64,000 nt of DNA from Polyangiales bacterium (GCA_044229975.1 JBGARZ010000010.1:224001-288000); one strand, 5' to 3'. Counted from the first letter of the stretch, positions 1 to 9,436 are shown. The notes: a model not told the origin generated them from the sequence alone. Program-made: numbers and translations.

Positions 1-1110
1 GGTGGCGCGCGGCAGCGGGTGTACGACCGTCATGTGATTCGCGACCACGAGACGGTGACGGTGCGTACGCGCCGCGGCATCGAACTCTGCGGGTCGACCA
101 ACCACCGGGTGCTGTTGTCCGATGGGACGACGTGGAAACGCCTTGATGAGCTCGCACCGGGGGACAAGGTGCAGGTCTCAGGTGGCGGCGGGATGTGGGC
201 CGAAGAGGAGGTCGCGCTGTCGTACGAGGCACCGCACTCGGTGACCCTCGATGATGTGGCCGAAGTAGCAGGCGTGAGCGTGTGGACGGTGCTGCGGCAC
301 CGCGCAGGTCGCTCGACGCGATCGGGCGCGGCGGTGGCGCAGGCGCTGGAGTCGACCGCCTATGAGACGACGCCGTGGGTTCTGCCGACGCGGCGGAAGG
401 CGTTGAAGGTTCCGCGCACGCTCGACGCTCGGGTGGGCGCGATTCTCGGGTATCTGGTGGGTGACGGTCACATCAGCCGGGTCAAGCGACACCTCGGGCT
501 GACCACGGGCGATCTCGACCAGGCCGTGAGCTTCGCGACGCTGGTGCAGGACGCCTTCGGGGTGGAGGCGCAGACGCACCTCGATGAAAACCGATACCGG
601 GTGCTGGTGCACGCCGAGGCGCTGTCCGATCTATTGGTCGAGGAGTTCGGTCTCACCGAGGGTCCGAGCGCGGCGCAGAAGCGGGTCCCGGCGAAGGTGA
701 TGCGCTCACCGGTCGGCGTGGTGCGCGCCTTCCTGCGGGCGTACTTCGATTGCGACGGGTATGCAGGGAAGCAGGGCGTGATCCTATCGACCGTGTCGAC
801 GGAGATGTCCCGCGAGGTGCAGCTCCTCCTCTTGAACTTCGGTGTGCTGTCGCGCCGTCGTCGCCAGAAGGACGGTTGCTGGCACGTTCACGTGGCGGGC
901 GCCTCGGCGGCTCGCTTCGCCGAGGTGGTTGGCTTTGGTCTGGCGCGGAAGCAGCGCGCGCTGGAGGCGTACGTCTCCGGTCATCAATGGACGAAGGTAG
1001 AGCGCTGGGACGACGAGGTGGTGTCGCTGGAGCGCGGGCGCTCGGACGTCTACGACATCTCGGTGGAGGACACGCACCGCTACGCGGCGGGCGGTGTCAT
1101 CAACCACAAC
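1..1110 (+). mobile_element. Intein with LAGLIDADG homing endonuclease (N-terminus lies outside the window)
   Basis: Block B-like GSTNHRVL; LAGLIDADG helices ILGYLVGDG and FLRAYFDCDG; block F VYDISVEDTHRY; block G INHN ends at 1110 and is followed by Ser+1 (TCG, 1111). Confidence 0.93.
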
Positions 1111-1773
1111 TCGTTCTGGCATTCGAAGATCATGACCGGCTACGCGTGTGACGCGAGCGAGATCATCGATTACTCCGACCGCAACGCGTCGGTGATGGGC
1201 GGCGGCGGGCGCAACCTCAACCCGTACAAGCTGGGCGTCGAGCTCTATCGCCACATCGAAGAGCGCTGGAACAAAGGGCGCTTCGGCAAGGAGTGGGAGG
1301 ACTGCACCGACCTCGAAGACCGGTTGCACTGGGACCGGCAGTTGGGCCTCGGGCGCAAGAAGATCTTCGAGGTGCGGGCGCTCTACACGGACGTGATGTT
1401 CATTGACGAGTTCCTGACGCCGGAGTTCGTGATGGAGCACAAGCTCTTCACCTACGCGTGGTCGAACCGCAATGACCGGTTTGAGATCGACACCCGCGAG
1501 TTCAAGGCCATCAAGGAGAAGCTGCTCTTCCAGATGACCAACTTCGGGAATCCCTTCATCTACGTGGAAGACGGCAACTACGAAAACCGGGGCGAGCTGC
1601 TCTTGCGGCACGAGCACCAGGGCGTCGACCTCGACCAGGAGAAGGGCAAGGAGACGCTGCGCAACCTGTTCCGGGTGTGGCGGCGGCCGTGCACGCTGGC
1701 GACGCAGTTCGACGGTCGCGCGACGCTGCTGCGCTACGACGGCAAGGAGCACTCGTCCAAGCCGGTGAAGTGA
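1..1773 (+). CDS. spoVR: SpoVR family protein (5'-partial) interrupted by an intein
   Basis: Frame is open from base 1. After the intein end the C-extein reads SFWHSKIMT...LNPYKLG.EL...IFEVR..Y.D..FI.EFLT...TNFGNPFIYVEDGNYENRGELLLRHEH.G.DL...ETLRNL..VW.RP, matching SpoVR/YcgB. Confidence 0.9.
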   Translation, partial: GGARQRVYDRHVIRDHETVTVRTRRGIELCGSTNHRVLLSDGTTWKRLDELAPGDKVQVSGGGGMWAEEEVALSYEAPHSVTLDDVAEVAGVSVWTVLRHRAGRSTRSGAAVAQALESTAYETTPWVLPTRRKALKVPRTLDARVGAILGYLVGDGHISRVKRHLGLTTGDLDQAVSFATLVQDAFGVEAQTHLDENRYRVLVHAEALSDLLVEEFGLTEGPSAAQKRVPAKVMRSPVGVVRAFLRAYFDCDGYAGKQGVILSTVSTEMSREVQLLLLNFGVLSRRRRQKDGCWHVHVAGASAARFAEVVGFGLARKQRALEAYVSGHQWTKVERWDDEVVSLERGRSDVYDISVEDTHRYAAGGVINHNSFWHSKIMTGYACDASEIIDYSDRNASVMGGGGRNLNPYKLGVELYRHIEERWNKGRFGKEWEDCTDLEDRLHWDRQLGLGRKKIFEVRALYTDVMFIDEFLTPEFVMEHKLFTYAWSNRNDRFEIDTREFKAIKEKLLFQMTNFGNPFIYVEDGNYENRGELLLRHEHQGVDLDQEKGKETLRNLFRVWRRPCTLATQFDGRATLLRYDGKEHSSKPVK

Positions 1774-2393
1774 GCGACGCGCGGCGGCTCGCGCTGCTGG
1801 GCGACGTTCATCGGGAGCTGGTGGCGTGTCGGGCGTGCCCGGGAATGCACGGGCCCGCGGTGCACGGGCCGGCCGTGCTGCGCGGCGTGATGCTCATTGG
1901 GCAGGCGCCCGGTCCGCACGAGGGGAAGATCGGGCGGCCGTTTGCGTGGACGGCGGGGAGGACGCTGTTTCAGTGGTTCGAGGCGGCGACGGGGGTGGGC
2001 GAGGCGCGCTTCCGCGAGCGGGTGTACTTCGCGGCGGCGGCGCGGTGCTTTCCGGGGAAGGCGCCGAGCGGCGGTGACCGGAAGCCCGATCGCGACGAGA
2101 TCGAGCGCTGCGGGCGCTTCCTCGCGAGAGAGGTGGCCATCGTGGCGCCGGGGCTGGTGATTCCGGTGGGGTCGCTCGCCATCGAGCAGGTATTGGGGCA
2201 CCGGGGCAAGCTCGTGGAGGTCATCGGAACGCAGCAGCGGGCGCGGTATCACGGTGTCGAGACGGATGTGATCGCGCTGCCGCACCCGAGCGGCGTGTCG
2301 ACGTGGCATCGGATGGAGCCGGGGAAGTCGCTATTGGCGAAAGCGCTGTTGCTCATCGGACAACACCCGGCGTGGAGAGAAGCGGTGGGTTGA
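1770..2393 (+). CDS. Uracil-DNA glycosylase family protein (Fe-S type)
   Basis: CRAC, IGQAPG, GRPF, RCFP, EIERC and LPHPSG motifs. The GTG start overlaps the spoVR stop (GTGA). Confidence 0.85.
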   Translation: MSDARRLALLGDVHRELVACRACPGMHGPAVHGPAVLRGVMLIGQAPGPHEGKIGRPFAWTAGRTLFQWFEAATGVGEARFRERVYFAAAARCFPGKAPSGGDRKPDRDEIERCGRFLAREVAIVAPGLVIPVGSLAIEQVLGHRGKLVEVIGTQQRARYHGVETDVIALPHPSGVSTWHRMEPGKSLLAKALLLIGQHPAWREAVG

Positions 2394-2406
2394 CGGGGGA
2401 AGGCGC

Positions 2407-2862
2407 CTACCGACAAGCGAGCGAGCTCGTCGTACGCAAGCGCGCGGGGCACAGACAGGCGTCCGCCAGGCCATAGGAGACGACCCGACCGGCGCCTTCG
2501 GTCACGACGACGACGGTCCGAACCGATGCTCTCCCCGCTTGCGAGAGGGTCACGCAAGCGACCCCATTCGAGAACTGTCCCGATGTGGCCGTGACGGAGG
2601 TCTCAAAGGATCCGCCACCGAGCAGCGCGCCGAGCGCCGCGGCGCTGGGGGGCGCGCTGTCGGGCGCACGACCCTGCGCGGCCTCGCTGGCGAACGACAG
2701 GGCCGCGCGCGTCGCGCCTTCCCTCAATCCCGACGTGGCGAGCAACGCGAGACCCGCCATCGCGCCCAGGCCCACGACGACGAGAGCCCCGACGATGAGG
2801 CCGGTGCGCCAGGAGCCAGGGTTTCGCGCGGGTGGGGGAGGAGCGGCGGGAGGGACGTTCAT
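2407..2862 (-). CDS. Hypothetical single-pass membrane protein
   Basis: ATG start, N-terminal hydrophobic helix, fills the gap between genes. Confidence 0.55.
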   Translation of the reverse strand: MNVPPAAPPPPARNPGSWRTGLIVGALVVVGLGAMAGLALLATSGLREGATRAALSFASEAAQGRAPDSAPPSAAALGALLGGGSFETSVTATSGQFSNGVACVTLSQAGRASVRTVVVVTEGAGRVVSYGLADACLCPARLRTTSSLACR

Positions 2863-2944
2863 CGTGGCCGCACTCTATCCCGCTCTGGCCCTTGTCCCCT
2901 GTCATTGACCGCGGGCCCCCGCAGCGACGACCATCGCTGCCACC

Positions 2945-3664
2945 ATGATCGTCTTCGGCCAGCGCCTCTACGGGAAGACCCTCCGCTGCGGTGATGCCTA
3001 CGTGGCCACCCGCTTCTTCCACGTGTGGTTCATCCCGCTCATCCCGATGGGGTCGTCCATCGTGCTGCGGTCGCTCGACGGTGGACTCGTCGAGTCCATC
3101 CGCACGCCGTTTCATTTTCCCTCCGTCGGCCTCGCGCTGCTCCGCGGCTGGAGCGTCGTCCTCCTCCTGCACGGCCTCCTCAACTGGATGGAGCCCGACC
3201 CCGCCGCCCCGTACGACGGGCCCGTCGTCAGCGCCGTCGCGCTCGTCGGCCTCGTGCTCGGACTCTTCGTGCTCGGTCGCACCTCCAAAACGAAGCGCGC
3301 CCAGCTCGAGACCTACGCCCAGGTCTTCGGTCATCCCATCGACCTCGCGCTCCTCGGCGACGCGCGCGAGCAGCTGGCCAACGCCATCCGCGAGCAGCTC
3401 GTCGTCCACGGTTGCCAGTACGCCGTCCACTACCGCGCCACCTACGATCCGGCGACGCAGTGGGGCGCCCTCGCGCTCGACCCCGCCATGCGCGACCGCG
3501 TGTACCTCACCCAGGCGCTCGCGCTCGCGCGCATCGAGGCGTCGCGCGCGTCGGGCCCCGCGAAGGCCGAGCTCACGCAGACCCACGACCGCATCTGGGC
3601 GCGGATGCAGGAGCTCGGTCCGGTCGCCGCGCCCGCGATGACCCACGAAGTCACCGCGGGCTGA
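2945..3664 (+). CDS. Hypothetical membrane protein
   Basis: Strong GC3 codon bias, ATRFFHVWFIPLIP motif, two TM segments. Confidence 0.75.
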   Translation: MIVFGQRLYGKTLRCGDAYVATRFFHVWFIPLIPMGSSIVLRSLDGGLVESIRTPFHFPSVGLALLRGWSVVLLLHGLLNWMEPDPAAPYDGPVVSAVALVGLVLGLFVLGRTSKTKRAQLETYAQVFGHPIDLALLGDAREQLANAIREQLVVHGCQYAVHYRATYDPATQWGALALDPAMRDRVYLTQALALARIEASRASGPAKAELTQTHDRIWARMQELGPVAAPAMTHEVTAG

Positions 3665-3673
3665 GCAGTTGTT

Positions 3674-4957
3674 TCAGAGGGGAGCGGGCGCGCGGCGCAT
3701 CTGACCGCGCACCTCGCCGCCAGGGTTCGCCGTGGAGTGGGCGTTGGCGTAGAGGTTTCCCTCGGTGAGGGCGGTGATGATCGCGGCGCTGGGCATCGCG
3801 GTGCCGCGGAAGTTCATGCCCGTCACGTCGAAGGTGACCACCACCCCGCCGGACGCTCCCACGGCTCCCTGGTGCAGGTGCGCCGCCGACGGCGTGAAGC
3901 CCGTCACTGCCCCCTCGTAGGTGATGCGGTCGCGGTCGGCGCCGAGGATCACCGCGGTGCTCCCGGTCGACGTCGTCGTCACCGGCGGAACCTCCTGCGC
4001 GCCCGTCATGCGACCGATGTAGAGCTGCTCGCCCGGCCGCAGGATCTGCCCGCGCACCTCGCCGCCCGCGTTGGCCGCCGTGTGCACGTTGGCGTACCAG
4101 CGGCCGCCTTCGAGGTCGCCCACCGAGGTGATGGGGCGCGTTCCCGTGATGGTCGCAGAGGCCGCGCCGAAGTCGATGGCGACGCCGCCGTTGGTGCCCG
4201 CCGCGCCCGTGTGGATGTGCGCCGCGGAGGGGGCACCGGTGAGCCCCGTGGTGCGAACGATGTAGCGCACGCGCAGCGCCGTCGGGTCGACGAGAAACTC
4301 CGCGAGCCCGGTGCCCGTCGAGGTCGTCGGCGGGTTCTCCTGGTCGGCCGAGAGACGCGCCACGTAGACCGTCTCACCCGGGCGAACGATCTGCCCGCGG
4401 ATCTCTCCGCCCGCGTTGGCCGCGGTGTGGATGTTGACGTACGCGCGGCCCTCCTCGATGGCGGCGGCCTGCTCGGCGGTCACCGTCGCGGTGCCGGTGA
4501 TGACCGCAGGCGTGGCCGTGAAGGGGATGGCGACCGCGCCGTTTTCCCCGGCGATGCCGAGGTGGATGTGAGCGCCCGTCGGCAGCAGGATGGAGTGCGT
4601 CACCGAGTACATCAGGCTGGTGCGGTCGGCGCTGAGCGTGAAGGTCGCCGTGCCCGTCGCGGTGGTGTCGTACACCGCGGGGACCTCCTGCCGACCCGAC
4701 AGCGTGGCGACGAAGCTCTGCGCGACGGCGGGGACGTCGGTCGCGGTCTGTACGTCGGTCGCAGTCTGGACGTCGGTCGCAGTCTGGACGTCGGTCGCGG
4801 TCTGGACGTCGGTCGCGGTCTGGACGTCGGTCGCGGTCTGCACGTCGCTACCCGGAACATCGGTGGCGGCGTCGGTGGTGGTGGCCGCGTCGTCGCAGGC
4901 CGCGAGACCGACGGAGGCGCAGAGGCAGAGGAGAAGGGAGGGGTACTTGAAGGACAT
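3674..4957 (-). CDS. Lipoprotein with three CHRD domains
   Basis: Lipobox GLAAC; three repeats of L/M-x-G/A-x-QE-x-P...AHI/LH-x-G...Y-x-N-x-H-T/S-AAN-x-GGE-I/V-RGQ. Confidence 0.92.
   Translation of the reverse strand: MSFKYPSLLLCLCASVGLAACDDAATTTDAATDVPGSDVQTATDVQTATDVQTATDVQTATDVQTATDVQTATDVPAVAQSFVATLSGRQEVPAVYDTTATGTATFTLSADRTSLMYSVTHSILLPTGAHIHLGIAGENGAVAIPFTATPAVITGTATVTAEQAAAIEEGRAYVNIHTAANAGGEIRGQIVRPGETVYVARLSADQENPPTTSTGTGLAEFLVDPTALRVRYIVRTTGLTGAPSAAHIHTGAAGTNGGVAIDFGAASATITGTRPITSVGDLEGGRWYANVHTAANAGGEVRGQILRPGEQLYIGRMTGAQEVPPVTTTSTGSTAVILGADRDRITYEGAVTGFTPSAAHLHQGAVGASGGVVVTFDVTGMNFRGTAMPSAAIITALTEGNLYANAHSTANPGGEVRGQMRRAPAPL
4734..4841. repeat. 18-bp tandem repeat x6 encoding (TATDVQ)n linker of the CHRD lipoprotein
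   Basis: Unit ACGTCGGTCGCRGTCTGN is repeated six times. Confidence 0.95.
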
Positions 4958-5055
4958 GCGAGACCTCGTTCGGAGTGTGGTGAGGGCGGCGTCAGGTACG
5001 GTCGACGTCGTCCGCGGGTCGCGGCCCTGGCCGCAGCGTCCCCCTCATCCAACCG

Positions 5056-5071
5056 TGGCACCCGAACCGCA
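5056..5071 (+). promoter_or_regulatory. Candidate sigma54 -24/-12 promoter
   Basis: TGGCACCCGAACCGCA has GG-N10-GC spacing; intergenic and oriented toward the gene at 5158. Confidence 0.45.
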
Positions 5072-5157
5072 ACCCCGGGGAGAGGACGACCGTCAGACCC
5101 TACACCCGGAACCCCACGACGCGAGCGTTGTCTCTCCCGCCTGGAGGCACTCGTCAG

Positions 5158-6588
5158 GTGAAACGCTTTGTAGACCCGGTTCAGGCGCCCGTGTACCGCT
5201 CGGCCGCCCGCCCCTCCGTCACGGAAGAACGCGGCGAGACCGTCATCGAGGTGGTGGTGTCCTGGGGTGCGGAGCCGATGCTCGCGGTGGCCCACCTGCG
5301 ATCGGGCGAACGCTTCGTGCTGACGTCCCGCGGGAGCAGCTCTCCCGACGCGCACACCTTCGTGCACCCGGCGATGGAGCACGGCGTTCATGTGCTGGTG
5401 GACTTCGTCGGGCGCGAAGGGCGGGTCACGCCGTTGGGTGGAGCGGCCTTCGTGCTGGCGCGGGGTGAGGGCGCGCGCATCGAGCACGACGAGGTGCGGT
5501 ACGAGCTGAGGCATGTCCCGCGGGCGGAGCGGCTGCCGGCGCGGCGGGGCGATCGGCTCTTCGGTGTCGCCACGATGGTCACGCTCGTTGGGACGATCGC
5601 CGCGGGCTCGTGGATCGGACACGGTGAGCACGACGATCGCCTCACGCGCGAGGACGAGGACGAGCGCCGCGGGTACCTCATCGAGCACGCGCTGCGGGCG
5701 CGGTCGTACGCGCCGACGCACGCCGAGGGTACTGGCGCGAGCGAAGGCGGCACCGGGTTGCGGGCGGTGGGCGACGAAGGGGCGGCGGGTTCACGTCGGG
5801 CGCCGCGGGTGTCGCGGGCGTGGTCGACGCCGCCGCAACGCGGGCCGACGCGCGACGGCTCGCGCAGCGGCGAGGCGGTGCTGAGCGCGAGGGATCGGGT
5901 GCTGCGGCGCGGGGTGTTCTCGGCGCTGGGCGAGGTGGGGTCGGTGCCGTGGGGCGTGGTGCTGCCGGGCGACGGCGCCACGCGACAGGCGACGGGCGCG
6001 ATGTACGGCGAGACGACGGGCGACGCGCGCGGCTACGAGGGACTCGGGCTGCTCGGAACGGGCTGGGGCGGCGGCAGCACCGGCGGGCTCATCGGCCTCG
6101 GTCGGATGCCAACGCGCGGGCACGGCACCGACGACGGCACGGGGCAGGGCATCGGCGGTGGGTCGTACTGCGGGTGCGGCGAGGGGATGCTGCCGTCGCG
6201 CGCGACGGGGCGTGCGGGCATCGGGGTGCGGGCGCTCGCGAACGTGGGTACGACCACCGGGTGCGTCCTCGGCCGCGATGCAGCGAGCGCAACCTACGAC
6301 GCGGGCGAAGTCCGCAGGGTCGTCGTTCGCAACCTGGGTCAGGTGCGCCACTGCTACGAGCAGGCGCTCACGGAGGTTCCGAACGCCGAGGGGCGCGTCG
6401 CGATGCGTTGGGTGATCGGGGGCGACGGCGCGGTGATCGCGTCGACGGTGACGGACAACGGAACGGGCTCCGCGGGGCTCGGCGAGTGCGTCGCGAGCGC
6501 CGTGCGACGGTGGCAGTTTCCCGCGCCCGAGGGCGGCGGCGTGGTGACGGTGAACTACCCCTTCGACCTCAGCGTCGTCGATCCGTAG
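5158..6588 (+). CDS. AgmX/PglI C-terminal (TonB-like) domain protein, GltG-like
   Basis: GTG start with GGAGG upstream; one TM; Gly-rich GLGLLGTGWGGG stretch; C-terminal VRRVV..NL..VRHCYE...EGRV..RW.I...G.V...L..CV...VRRWQFPAP.GGG.V.VNYPF. Confidence 0.85.
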   Translation: MKRFVDPVQAPVYRSAARPSVTEERGETVIEVVVSWGAEPMLAVAHLRSGERFVLTSRGSSSPDAHTFVHPAMEHGVHVLVDFVGREGRVTPLGGAAFVLARGEGARIEHDEVRYELRHVPRAERLPARRGDRLFGVATMVTLVGTIAAGSWIGHGEHDDRLTREDEDERRGYLIEHALRARSYAPTHAEGTGASEGGTGLRAVGDEGAAGSRRAPRVSRAWSTPPQRGPTRDGSRSGEAVLSARDRVLRRGVFSALGEVGSVPWGVVLPGDGATRQATGAMYGETTGDARGYEGLGLLGTGWGGGSTGGLIGLGRMPTRGHGTDDGTGQGIGGGSYCGCGEGMLPSRATGRAGIGVRALANVGTTTGCVLGRDAASATYDAGEVRRVVVRNLGQVRHCYEQALTEVPNAEGRVAMRWVIGGDGAVIASTVTDNGTGSAGLGECVASAVRRWQFPAPEGGGVVTVNYPFDLSVVDP

Positions 6589-6631
6589 CGCCGCTCCGAC
6601 GCTCTCTCTTCGCTTCCGGAGAGCACCCGCT

Positions 6632-6787
6632 CACGCCCTCGGTGCGCGCCCTTACCCGAAGGGACGCGACCACCCACGCCCGCTGCGAAAATCGGGGCCT
6701 CCGAACGCCGAGCCTCCCGACGAAGGACGACGACCGTCGGCGTGGGCGGTCGCGTCCCTCCGGGTAAGGGCGCGCACCGAGGGCGTG
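6632..6787. repeat. Intergenic inverted repeat (49-bp arms, REP-doublet/MITE-like)
   Basis: 6632-6680 is the reverse complement of 6739-6787 with 2 mismatches; lies between convergent genes. Confidence 0.9.
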
Positions 6788-6820
6788 GTCGTCGCTCCGG
6801 AGCGCGGAGCTCGTTCCCCC

Positions 6821-9217
6821 TTACGCCGCGGCCGCCTTTCCGAGCGCGTAGAGTTCGCGTCGCAGCGCCGCCGGGTCGCTCGCCACCGCCGTAAACCCCG
6901 GCAGCGAACCCCTCGCCGCCGCGGCCTGCTCGACGGCGAGCGCCGCCCGCTCACCATCCGCTGCGAGCGCGCACGCGGCCAACGCCCACGCGGCCAGCGC
7001 GGGCGACCCTAACCCCCCCGCGACCAGCGAGACGAGCGCCGCGACGGCCTTCCGCATCTGCGGCCCGTAGGTCGGGTGCGTCGCCGTCACGCCCTCGCGC
7101 ACCAGCGTCGAGAGCGCCTCCGCCATCGATCGCATCCGCGCGACGTCGTCACCGTTGTCGCCCGTGAGCTGCGCCTGGAGCAGCGCCTTCCACGCCTCGA
7201 CCACGCCCTGCGCAGGCGGGGGCGCGGCGGCCATCGAGCGACCTGCCACCATCGGTCGCGCCATCGACGAGCCCGGTCGTCCCGCCGAAACCTTCACCTC
7301 CACCCAGGCGCCCGTTCGTCGCGGCGGCGGACAACGCATCGACGACGACGCCCCCACCGACTCGTAGACCACCACGCGCGCAACCGGGTCCCACCGCGCG
7401 ATGCCGCTCTTCACTGGCGACGTGTGCATCGCCCACCCCGCGGGCGCGCTCACCGGGACCACGCGCGTCTCCGGCGCTGCGTTGCCGACGCGGTCGCCCG
7501 TTCGCTCTTCCACCAATACGAAGGACGTGTGCCGCGACGCCACGCCGTGCTCGACCGCGATGGCCACCACGCGCGCCTTCATCGCCGATGCGCGTCGCGG
7601 GTCGGTGATCGCCGCGCCCTCCAGGTCGCGCACCCGCTCGGCCGCCCACAGCTTCGGCAGCGCAGGCTGCGACGCCTCCGCTGGAAAGCGCACCGGAACC
7701 TCCAGCAGGTACGGCTCCGTCCCGCGCGTCCCGGTGATGAGCGCGAAGCCCTCGCCCGCGCCCTCGTAGCGTCCGAAGACCGACCACGGCTCGCCGTCGA
7801 CGAGGTCAGGCGCGCTACCCGGCGCGAGCTCCGACGCCGCCACTCCCTCGAACACCACGCGCACCCCCGTCACCCGCGCCGCGGCCACCCGCGCAAACAT
7901 CGCGGTGACCTTGGCGTCGACCTTCTCGCCGGGGTGGACGAACTCCACCTCGCCGCTCGTCCGCCGCGCAAGGTCGCGCAGCAACCCCTCACAGATGTTG
8001 GTGCCGAGACCGAAGGCACACACCCGCGTCGTGCGGCGCGCTGCCATCACCGCGCCCACGAGCTCGGACTCGTTGCCCACCTGACCGTCGGTGAGCATCA
8101 CCACCACGCCATCCGGAACCATCTCCACCGCGGCCACCAGCGGCGCGAGCAGATCGGTTCCGCCGTCGGCCTGGCGGGAGATCACCCACCGATCGGCCGC
8201 CTCCACCGTCGCCGGCGTGAAGGGCACGAGCCGTCGCTCGAACCACGACGCGTGACCCGAGAACGCCACGATGTTGAAGCGATCGCCCGCGCGCAGGTGA
8301 CGCAGGCACGCTCGCAGCGTCTTGCGCGCCTCCCTGATCGACGGGCCTTCCATCGAGGCCGACTCGTCGAGCACGAACACCACGCTCCTCGGCGCGAGCG
8401 CTCGCTCCGCGTCGAAGAGGTCGGGCAGCACGCCCAGCGAGAAGAACCCGCGGCCCTGCCCCTCACAGTGCGCGACGAGGCCCGCCGTGGGGCCGTCGCC
8501 GACGCCGCGGGCGATCACCACCACGTCGCGGTCGAGGGCCACGCTGGTAGCGGCGAGCTTCACGTGGGCGGTGCGTTCGTCGTGCTCGACGGCGAGGTCG
8601 TGCGAGGGGGACTCGACGCGCAGCGCGCGACCGAGGTGGAGCGCGAGGTCGAGCGTGAGACCATAGCGGGCGTCGCCGATGGGCGGCGTGACGAGGTCGG
8701 CGTCGGCGACGCGGTCGGTGGGGGCGGAGGTCCCGTGGCCGGTGCGGTCGCCGTGCGGTGTGCCCGGGATGTAGCGCGGTGCGACCAGCGTCGGGATGAC
8801 CCAGCGGAGGGCGCCCTCGTCGCGGTGCAGGCGCTGGAGGTACGAGACCTCGACGTCGACCGACTCGCCCGGCAGGAGGTTGCCCGCCGTCGCCGTAAAC
8901 ACCTCGTCGCGCTGCTTCTCCAACAGCGCCGCGCCGTGGCCCTGGACGATGGCGTCGTCGTAGGTGCGGAAGGCCGCCTCGCGCTCGCGCACCACCGCGT
9001 CGATGCGCCGTCCGGCGACGTTCATCGCGAAGCCCACGAGCGCCGCCTCGGAGGGAAGCGGGAAGGTGTAGACCGCCTCGATGGCCCGCGCTTCGGTGTT
9101 GAGATAACGCTGCCGCACGGTGACGCGCGCGTGCGCCCCGAGCAGCTCTCCCGTGATGTCGACTCCCCGCAAGGGGACCGCGGCGCCGTCTGCGGCGTGG
9201 AGACCAGTTTGCTTCAT
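6821..9217 (-). CDS. VIT + vWA domain protein
   Basis: VIT motif QRYLN.EARAIEAVYTFPLPS.AA...F; vWA MIDAS-like DESASM, GGT and LTDGQV. Real start MKQTGL at 9217; the longer ORF is the shadow of the LRR gene. Confidence 0.9.
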   Translation of the reverse strand: MKQTGLHAADGAAVPLRGVDITGELLGAHARVTVRQRYLNTEARAIEAVYTFPLPSEAALVGFAMNVAGRRIDAVVREREAAFRTYDDAIVQGHGAALLEKQRDEVFTATAGNLLPGESVDVEVSYLQRLHRDEGALRWVIPTLVAPRYIPGTPHGDRTGHGTSAPTDRVADADLVTPPIGDARYGLTLDLALHLGRALRVESPSHDLAVEHDERTAHVKLAATSVALDRDVVVIARGVGDGPTAGLVAHCEGQGRGFFSLGVLPDLFDAERALAPRSVVFVLDESASMEGPSIREARKTLRACLRHLRAGDRFNIVAFSGHASWFERRLVPFTPATVEAADRWVISRQADGGTDLLAPLVAAVEMVPDGVVVMLTDGQVGNESELVGAVMAARRTTRVCAFGLGTNICEGLLRDLARRTSGEVEFVHPGEKVDAKVTAMFARVAAARVTGVRVVFEGVAASELAPGSAPDLVDGEPWSVFGRYEGAGEGFALITGTRGTEPYLLEVPVRFPAEASQPALPKLWAAERVRDLEGAAITDPRRASAMKARVVAIAVEHGVASRHTSFVLVEERTGDRVGNAAPETRVVPVSAPAGWAMHTSPVKSGIARWDPVARVVVYESVGASSSMRCPPPRRTGAWVEVKVSAGRPGSSMARPMVAGRSMAAAPPPAQGVVEAWKALLQAQLTGDNGDDVARMRSMAEALSTLVREGVTATHPTYGPQMRKAVAALVSLVAGGLGSPALAAWALAACALAADGERAALAVEQAAAARGSLPGFTAVASDPAALRRELYALGKAAAA

Positions 9218-9365
9218 CGTATCGACCGAACGCTCTCTGCCACCATCCGTGGCGGGTGTGCGGAACAGGTCGGCGGGCGCCGCAACCCCCGATGGCCGCG
9301 ACGTCCATGGGAGGTGCAGTGAGACCGTGAATTGGCCCACCGAAACGGGGCGCACCGTGCGACAA

Positions 9366-9402
9366 GACAGTGGTAGTGTCAAGTCGACATCGGTGGTGTC
9401 AA
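9366..9402. promoter_or_regulatory. Tandem palindromic operator (2x GACA-N7-TGTCAA, 20-bp period), each with a minus-strand TTGACA
   Basis: GACAGTGGTAGTGTCAA at 9366-9382 and GACATCGGTGGTGTCAA at 9386-9402, in the divergent VIT/LRR intergenic region. Confidence 0.65.
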
Positions 9403-9436
9403 TGCGGAGCGCGGTGGTCGGGTAGATTTCCCCCGC

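Noticed and set aside
4734..4841. Possible CRISPR array (also considered for 27696-27958)
   Set aside because: Repeats are contiguous, in-frame coding units without unique spacers; no cas genes are present.
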